Shown: piece by piece, positions 27,301 through 32,000 of the stretch
Layout: each line of letters starts with the position of its first letter
How positions within the stretch are numbered: the first letter of the stretch is position 1
Source: Schaalia odontolytica
GTDB taxonomy: Bacteria; Actinomycetota; Actinomycetes; Actinomycetales; Actinomycetaceae
Direction: 5' to 3'
Length of the DNA stretch: 32,000 nucleotides
Assembly (NCBI RefSeq): GCF_005696695.1
Contig: NZ_CP040006.1
Coordinates: 1,380,001-1,412,000 of the forward strand
The notes under the pieces: generated by a model
Told to the model about the DNA's origin: nothing
Seen by the model: only the letters and a program-made list of their open reading frames with translations
The model's database searches: none
Program-made: the position numbers and the translations under genes

Positions 27301-27581
27301 TCGACGCGGTGGCCCTTCATGGTCTGGTAGCGGCCCACGACGTCCTTGACATAGCCGGTCAGGAGGTGACCGTAGTGGGGCAGGCCGTTGGCGAAAGGCG
27401 GGCCATCGTAGAACACGAACTCGTTGGAGCCATTCTCGCCGGCGTCGCGCATCTCAATGGACTTGCGGAAGGTGTCGTTGCTGGCCCAGAACGCCAGGGT
27501 GCCCTCTTCCATCGTGGGGAAGGAAGGGCTGGGGTCCACCTCGTCTTGCCGGTGGCGGGGGTAGAAGCCGTGCTTCGTCAT
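24306..27581 (-). CDS. ileS: Isoleucine--tRNA ligase
   Basis: 1091 aa from [14 protein letters not shown]-type PHYGHLL, KMSKS ([12 protein letters not shown]), and a CP1 editing region. The ORF-track extension to 27665 runs into the T-box leader and is rejected. Confidence 0.95.
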   Translation of the reverse strand: MTKHGFYPRHRQDEVDPSPSFPTMEEGTLAFWASNDTFRKSIEMRDAGENGSNEFVFYDGPPFANGLPHYGHLLTGYVKDVVGRYQTMKGHRVERRFGWDTHGLPAELEAQRQLGIEDVTEITREGGVGIEAFNAACRSSVLRYTKEWEEYVTRQARWVDFEHDYKTLDMSYTESVIWAFKQLYDKGLAYQGHRVLPYCWNDRTPLSNHELKMDDDVYQDRTDNTVTVGLRLETKLREDSARPELALIWTTTPWTLPSNSAVAVGPEIEYSLVEVAADHEGVLAGERVLIATDLIPAYAKELGEEPTVVATYKGSELVGIHYHPIYDYFDTPERRAEGAAPGPNGWSIIAADYVTTTDGTGLVHQAPAFGEDDMWTCMEYGIGVVLPVDEGGVFTSEVSDYEGMQIFDANRYVVADLREQGGPIARRAPAIRAVLVREKSYVHSYPHCWRCRKPLMYKAVSSWFVRVTEIRDRMVELNQEITWTPAHTKDGIFGKWLEGARDWSISRNRFWGAPIPVWVSDDPAYPRTDVYGSIAELEADFGVKVTDFHRPFIDSLTRPNPDDPTGKSTMRRISDVFDCWFESGSMPFAQVHYPFENQEWFENHYPGDFIVEYIGQTRGWFYTLHVLATALFDRPAFRSCVSHGIVLGDDGLKMSKSLRNYPDVAEVFNKYGSDAMRWFLMSSPVVRGGNLIVKEESIRDTVRQVLLPIWNTYYFFTLYAGACNKGEGYEAKRIDLSSPEAVAALAQMDRYLLAHTRTLAEDVRGALDGYDVAGACEAIRDFLDVLTNWYVRTQRQRFWDEDGAAFDTLYTALVTLMELAAPLLPLLSEEIWRGLTGGESVHLVDFPVIDEAVDAPELVAAMDEVRSIVSAAHALRKTHQLRVRQPLASLLVVSENFAALEPFADLIASEVNVKSVVFSAPQDSGLSVRTELALNPRAFDPAVRKLTSQLFKAQKSGEWEVVDGECRFASVELDGAPLVLTGDMFSVSTSVDAAEGQVADVLASGTFVVLDTELTPELEAEGYARDVVRAVQDERKNAGLHIADRIDLSLTVPSDHVADVETWRDMIAAETLALSLEVEAGDKLAVSVAKH

Positions 27582-27583
27582 GA

Positions 27584-27830
27584 GTGTCCTCGTCTCGCGC
27601 CTATACAGGGACGAGGACCGGCGTCGCCGGAACCCGCGGTACCACCCCGCTTGCCGTTCCCTCACCGGGCGCGGCCGCTTCGTTGGGGCTATGTCGGGCC
27701 CTCCCGTCCGGTTCTACTGGAGGGGACGAGGCCGTTGCCGGCTTTCGCGTTCCTCTTTCTTCCGGATGCTCCCCGGTGATACCCCGCTGAAGCGGGCCGG
27801 ATCGTAGCGAAAAACCAGTGTAGCGAAGAA
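27584..27830 (-). promoter_or_regulatory. T-box riboswitch leader of ileS with an SD-sequestering helix (translational type)
   Basis: The minus strand carries the T-box core GGGGUGGUACCGCGGG (plus-strand 27633-27648). Downstream is the hairpin GUCCUCGUC-15 nt-GACGAGGAC (27586-27618). Its 3' arm contains the GAGGA Shine-Dalgarno, 5 nt before the AUG. AUC triplets occur upstream (for example 27780-27778). The 5' boundary and the specifier assignment are approximate. Confidence 0.8.
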
Positions 27831-27975
27831 ACTCCGGCGCGCCCACTGGGCGGAGCGTCTGTCTGCACACAGCGCACCTGTGAGCGCTCGTTGTTGCGTG
27901 CGTAGACGCCGGCCTGGTGGGCCGTGGTCGGCGAGTGTTCGGAGGGGCATGGGCCTCCTGTCCTAGAGTTGTGGG

Positions 27976-28986
27976 GTGAATGTAGTGGAGACGAAACGAC
28001 CTGCGCGTCCCTGGGGTGCGCTTATCGGCGCGCTTGTGCTGGTGGCGCTGGTTGCCGTGTGGGCCATGCAGGGAACCCTGGCTGGATCGGGCCTGCCTGT
28101 TGGTCGCGCGGCGACGATAGCCGTGGGCATGACCCTGCAGGCGATTCCCTTCCTGCTTCTGGGCGTGTTCGTCGCAGAACTCATCGAGGCCTTCGTCTCC
28201 CCCGCCCTGATCGCGCGCGTTTTTCCGACGAACCCGGTGGCGTCCGTGTTGACCGCTCTCGTCGCTGCTTTCCTTCTTCCCGTGTGTGATTGTTCGGCGG
28301 TGCCGATCTTCCGTTCGCTGCTGCGCAAGGGCGTTCCCCTGTCGGCGGCGACCACTCTCATGCTGGCATCCCCCGCGATCAATCCCCTGGTGATCGCGTC
28401 AACGTATTACGCGTTCGGCTCGTGGGCGATTGTGGGTGCGCGTATCGGGCTGAGCATCACCGTCGCGCTGTCGGTGGGCCTGTCGATGCTGGCTTCTCCT
28501 CCGAGCGCCCTGCGCGAGGAAGCCCACGTCCACGACGGGGACTCGTGCGGATGCGACGGCGGCTGCGAGACGCCGGATCGCTCGTTCTCTGGCGTCCTTG
28601 GCGCGACCGGTCATTCTTTCGGGCGGATCCTGCCCTACCTGCTGGGCGGCGTGGCCGCCTCGACAGCAGCGCAGGTGTTCTGGCCGGTGTCTTCCCTGCT
28701 CGCGGGCCTGCCCGCTCCCAGCGCGCTGGCACTCATGATGGCGGCCGGCTTCGCCCTGTCGCTGTGCTCCTCGTCGGACGCGGTGATCGCGCGTTCGCTG
28801 GCCTCCCTCGCGCCGCAGGGCGCGCTCATGGGATTCATGGTCTACGGCCCGATGATGGACGTGAAGAACGTGGCACTGCTGTCCTCACAGTTCCGCGGCG
28901 CGTTCGTGCTTCGCCTGTTTGCGACCGTCACGTGCATCGCCGCCGCCGTCATTGGTGGCGCCTGGTGGATGGGGGTCCTCGCGTGA
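27976..28986 (+). CDS. Predicted permease (ArsP_1/DUF318-like) of a two-component membrane permease pair
   Basis: 336 aa and polytopic. Membrane-embedded LLPVCDCSAVPIF motif, a His/Cys-rich loop HVHDGDSCGCDGGCETPD, and a second LCSSSDAV segment. GTG start. Confidence 0.75.
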   Translation: MNVVETKRPARPWGALIGALVLVALVAVWAMQGTLAGSGLPVGRAATIAVGMTLQAIPFLLLGVFVAELIEAFVSPALIARVFPTNPVASVLTALVAAFLLPVCDCSAVPIFRSLLRKGVPLSAATTLMLASPAINPLVIASTYYAFGSWAIVGARIGLSITVALSVGLSMLASPPSALREEAHVHDGDSCGCDGGCETPDRSFSGVLGATGHSFGRILPYLLGGVAASTAAQVFWPVSSLLAGLPAPSALALMMAAGFALSLCSSSDAVIARSLASLAPQGALMGFMVYGPMMDVKNVALLSSQFRGAFVLRLFATVTCIAAAVIGGAWWMGVLA

Positions 28987-29846
28987 AGCTCATCGACCGC
29001 ATTGCCCCCGTCCTCGAGTCGCTCTCTCTCGCATCCCTCGGCGGCGTGCTGCTGTGGCTCGCCATGTCTGGCCGCTACGCATCCTTTGTGCCCCCGTCGG
29101 CACGCTTGGGCATCATCGCGTCCAGCATCGGCTTGTTCGCCTGCGCGCTCGCACTCTCCGCGCGCATCGACGCCGGCGAACACAAGAGCACGGACAGAGC
29201 CACCTCCTACCGGGCCACGACGCGCAGCCTCGTCGCCCTCCTAGCTGCCGCCCTGCTCATCCTCCCCTTCCGCGTCTCTCCCTCCGAGCTGGCCGCGGGC
29301 GCGATTGGCGCACGCCCCACCTCTGGCGGATCCACCATCGACGCGGACACCGACGATTCGACCGAGGACACCCCCGGGGCATCCAACGACGCAGCAAACG
29401 GGGGCGCGAACCCCGCCACCGGCAGTGGCAGCCAGAACGCGGGCGCGGGGCAGGTCTCGTCGAGCGGGAAGCTGGAGCTGACGACCGACAACTTCTACTC
29501 CCAGGTGGAGGAGATGATCGCCAACGGACGCGCGCACGACGGTCAGCGCGTCGAGCTGACGGGCTTCGTCCTCAGTGCCGAGGCCGCGAGCGCCCAGGCT
29601 TCGATTCCGCGCGTGACGGATGAGGAGAGCTTTGCGGTGGCGCGCATGGCTATTTGGTGTTGTGCGGCGGATGCGTATCCGGTTGGTTTTGCGGTGCGGT
29701 GGGCTGGGCCTGCTCCTGCGGCGGATAGCTGGGTGCATGTGAGCGGTACGTTACGTGTGCGCGGTGGGAAGGCGCTGGTCATTGAGGCTGATTCGGTGAC
29801 GCCGGCGGAGACGCCGAATCCGGAGTTCGTGGTTCAAACACGCTAA
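28983..29846 (+). CDS. TIGR03943/DUF1980-like membrane protein, partner of the permease
   Basis: The GTG overlaps the upstream stop as GTGA. Two N-terminal TM helices, a low-complexity linker, and a C-terminal domain with MAIWCCAADAYPVGF. Family name is from memory. Confidence 0.65.
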   Translation: MKLIDRIAPVLESLSLASLGGVLLWLAMSGRYASFVPPSARLGIIASSIGLFACALALSARIDAGEHKSTDRATSYRATTRSLVALLAAALLILPFRVSPSELAAGAIGARPTSGGSTIDADTDDSTEDTPGASNDAANGGANPATGSGSQNAGAGQVSSSGKLELTTDNFYSQVEEMIANGRAHDGQRVELTGFVLSAEAASAQASIPRVTDEESFAVARMAIWCCAADAYPVGFAVRWAGPAPAADSWVHVSGTLRVRGGKALVIEADSVTPAETPNPEFVVQTR

Positions 29847-29860
29847 ATACACACATTTTA

Positions 29861-29874
29861 GTGATCTAGTTCAC
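29861..29874. promoter_or_regulatory. 14-bp imperfect palindrome in the AT-rich region upstream of the MFS/sulfatase genes
   Basis: GTGATCTAGTTCAC has one mismatched pair. It lies about 107 nt upstream of the ATG at 29981. Confidence 0.2.
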
Positions 29875-29980
29875 CATGGCTGTTTATGTCCGTTACTTCG
29901 GACACAAAATTGCGCGCGTACGGTGAATGAAGCGCACACGGCAGGCGCGGGCGCATCACCACACCTTCAAGGATGAAGAC

Positions 29981-31429
29981 ATGTCATCGACAACCACACT
30001 CACACCCCGCGAGAAGCAAGCGAGGCGCTACGCAACGACTCTCGCTCTCATCGCCACCCTCGGCCCCTTCTTCTACGGATTCGAGGGCATGGTCCTCAAC
30101 GCCGCCATCAAGGCCGTGGGATCCACCTTCGAGCTCGGCGCACTACTTCAGGGCGTTGCGGGCGCGGCAGGTGTCATCGGCGGCCTGATCGGCGCCCTCG
30201 CCGCGGGACGCATCTCCGACAAGATCGGCCGCAAGACCACTCTCATGTGGGTCGGTCCCTTCCTGCTTTTTGAGGCCCTCCTCGGCCCCATCTCTCCCCT
30301 CCTGGGTAGTCTCGGCTATCCCTTCCTGCTCCTGACCCGCATCGTTGGCGGTATCGGCTTCGGCGCGGCGACCACGGTTGCCCCCGGCTACGTCGCGGAG
30401 ATTGCCCCCGCAGACATCCGCGGGCGTCTCATCGGTTTCCGCCAGCTCGCGATCATCCTGGGCCTGTTCTTCGCCGGCCTCATCAACACGGCGGTCGTCT
30501 CGATCACGGGCGGCGCCGCTAAGCCTGCGTTCGGCGGCCTCATGACCTGGCAGGTCCTCTTCGCCTGCCTCATCATCCCGGCCCTCCTCTTCGTCATCTT
30601 CACGGCGAAGATTCCCGAGTCTCCCCGCTACCTCGTCTCCGTGGGCCGCACCAAGGAGGCCGAGGAGATCCTAGCCAAGCTGTCCGGCGAGGAAGACCCC
30701 GCAGACCGCGTCGAAGCCATCGCCCAGTCCCTGACAATCACGGGCGGCGCGAAACTGTCGATCGGGCAGATCCTGTCCTCGCAGTGGCGCGGCCTCGTGT
30801 TTGTCGGCATGGCGATCGCCGCGTTCCAGCAGCTCACCGGCATCAACGGCGTCTTCTTCTACTCCAACTCCCTGTTCGCCGCCGTCGGCTTCACCGAGTC
30901 GATGGCCCTTGCCCAGACCCTGCTCATCACCGCCTTCAAGATCGTCGGCGTCCTGTCGGGCATCATGCTGGTGGACCGCGTGGGCCGCAAGCGCATGCTG
31001 ATCTACGGCGGCACCCTCATCTTCGTGTCGCTGGGCATCGTGGCCACGGTCTTCACGGTCGCCCCCACCGTCGACGGCAAGCCGGACGTCGCAGACTCCC
31101 CCGTCCTGGCGTTCCTGGCGGTCGCGGCCTTGTGCACCTTCCTGCTCGGCTTCACCTCTTCGTGGGGCCCCATCTTCTCCATCGTCATGGGCGAGATGTT
31201 CCCCAACTCGATCCGTGGTGGCGCTATGTCGCTCGCATCGGGCGCCGACTTCCTCGTCAACTTCCTGGTTGTCCTCCTCTTCCCCTTCCTCATCGGCTGG
31301 TCACCCGCTGGCACCTACTGGATCTACTGCGCCTTCGGCGTCCTCGCGGTCATCTTCACGGCGAAATTCCTCACCGAGACCAGCGGCGCTGAGCTTGAGG
31401 ACATGGACAAGGTCGTCACCCAGAAGTGA
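29981..31429 (+). CDS. MFS transporter, sugar-porter family
   Basis: SDKIGRKTTLM, PESPRYL, QQLTGINGVFFYS, VDRVGRKRML, GEMFPNSIRG, and C-terminal TETSGAELEDM. Start placed at MSSTTT (ATG 29981), preceded by AAGGA. Confidence 0.85.
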   Translation: MSSTTTLTPREKQARRYATTLALIATLGPFFYGFEGMVLNAAIKAVGSTFELGALLQGVAGAAGVIGGLIGALAAGRISDKIGRKTTLMWVGPFLLFEALLGPISPLLGSLGYPFLLLTRIVGGIGFGAATTVAPGYVAEIAPADIRGRLIGFRQLAIILGLFFAGLINTAVVSITGGAAKPAFGGLMTWQVLFACLIIPALLFVIFTAKIPESPRYLVSVGRTKEAEEILAKLSGEEDPADRVEAIAQSLTITGGAKLSIGQILSSQWRGLVFVGMAIAAFQQLTGINGVFFYSNSLFAAVGFTESMALAQTLLITAFKIVGVLSGIMLVDRVGRKRMLIYGGTLIFVSLGIVATVFTVAPTVDGKPDVADSPVLAFLAVAALCTFLLGFTSSWGPIFSIVMGEMFPNSIRGGAMSLASGADFLVNFLVVLLFPFLIGWSPAGTYWIYCAFGVLAVIFTAKFLTETSGAELEDMDKVVTQK

Positions 31430-31469
31430 GCGCTCTCCCCTCCTATTTCAACGACGAAAAGGCACTGCA

Positions 31470-32000
31470 ATGACTGATACGACTCGGGATATTCCCGACA
31501 ACGTGCGCAACGTCCTGGTCATCATGACCGACCAGCATCGCACCGACACGATCGGCTGCCTGGGCAACCCCCATGCGCGCACCCCCGTCATCGATGCGAT
31601 GGGCGAATCCGGATTTGCCTTCACCCACTGCTTCACCCCCACAGCTATCTGCACGCCGGCGCGCGCCTCGCTGCTCACCGGCAAGCGCCCAGGTAAGCAC
31701 CAGGTGCTGGCCAACCCCGAGTGGAATATCGCCTACCAGGTCTCGATCCCCGAGGGAACGTGGACATACACGCAGGAGCTGCGCGACGCCGGTTACAACG
31801 TCGGCATCGTCGGTAAGTACCACTGCGGCTACAACCTGCCCGACAAGTTCGGCGCGGACGACGACACCTACTGGGGTGCCGAAAATCCCGTGGCTAACGA
31901 GAAGTACGTCGCCTGGCTCGAGGCCAACAACCTCCCGCCGGTGCGCGCGCACGACCTGTGGCGAGGCAAGCTGCCCGGCGGGCGCGACGGCCACATCATC
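31470..32000 (+). CDS. Sulfatase-family enzyme (Cys-type), 5' part; continues past the window end
   Basis: Absent from the ORF track because it has no stop. The ATG at 31470 opens a 177-codon frame to the window edge. It reads MTDTTRDIPDNVRNVLVIMTDQHR...CTPARASLLTGKRP, with the N-terminal metal-binding DQ and the C-x-P-x-R formylglycine motif. Confidence 0.8.
   Translation, partial: MTDTTRDIPDNVRNVLVIMTDQHRTDTIGCLGNPHARTPVIDAMGESGFAFTHCFTPTAICTPARASLLTGKRPGKHQVLANPEWNIAYQVSIPEGTWTYTQELRDAGYNVGIVGKYHCGYNLPDKFGADDDTYWGAENPVANEKYVAWLEANNLPPVRAHDLWRGKLPGGRDGHII

Noticed and set aside
1-32000. Search by eye for tRNA, rRNA, CRISPR repeats, IS elements with inverted repeats, and integrase or transposase genes.
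   Set aside because: I found none. No T-arm-like GGTTCGAATCC-type motif sits in an intergenic context, no regularly spaced repeats occur, and no recombinase-like ORF is present. A dedicated tool (tRNAscan-SE, ISEScan) could still find something I missed.

Overview
The window is a 32-kb chromosomal segment from a high-GC Gram-positive bacterium. The proteins look like Actinomycetota, possibly Actinomycetaceae, but I cannot verify that without a database search.

Most of it is housekeeping or metabolic, and most of that lies on the minus strand:
- a PfkB sugar kinase with a frameshifted MFS sugar porter
- two paralogous double-GNAT acetyltransferases
- a type IIA topoisomerase B subunit (parE-like)
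- smc, ndk, dhaKLM, folC, and ileS with a T-box leader
- a two-gene Cys-rich permease pair
- a second MFS sugar porter and the 5' part of a Cys-type sulfatase

The accessory region is 9.6-14.9 kb, between a convergent ABC-ATPase gene and smc. In order it holds:
1. a small toxin/RHH-antitoxin-like pair with a palindromic operator;
2. a chimeric scar made of extra 3' ends of smc and of the ABC-ATPase gene, joined at a microhomology;
3. a roughly 4-kb low-GC island with no recombinase. It encodes an OLD-family ATPase/Toprim nuclease and a UvrD-like helicase. That is the Gabija (class 2 OLD) defence architecture, with both proteins longer than I recall for the model system.

I found no rRNA, tRNA, CRISPR array, IS element or integrase. 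The many long ORFs antisense to the real genes are high-GC artefacts.
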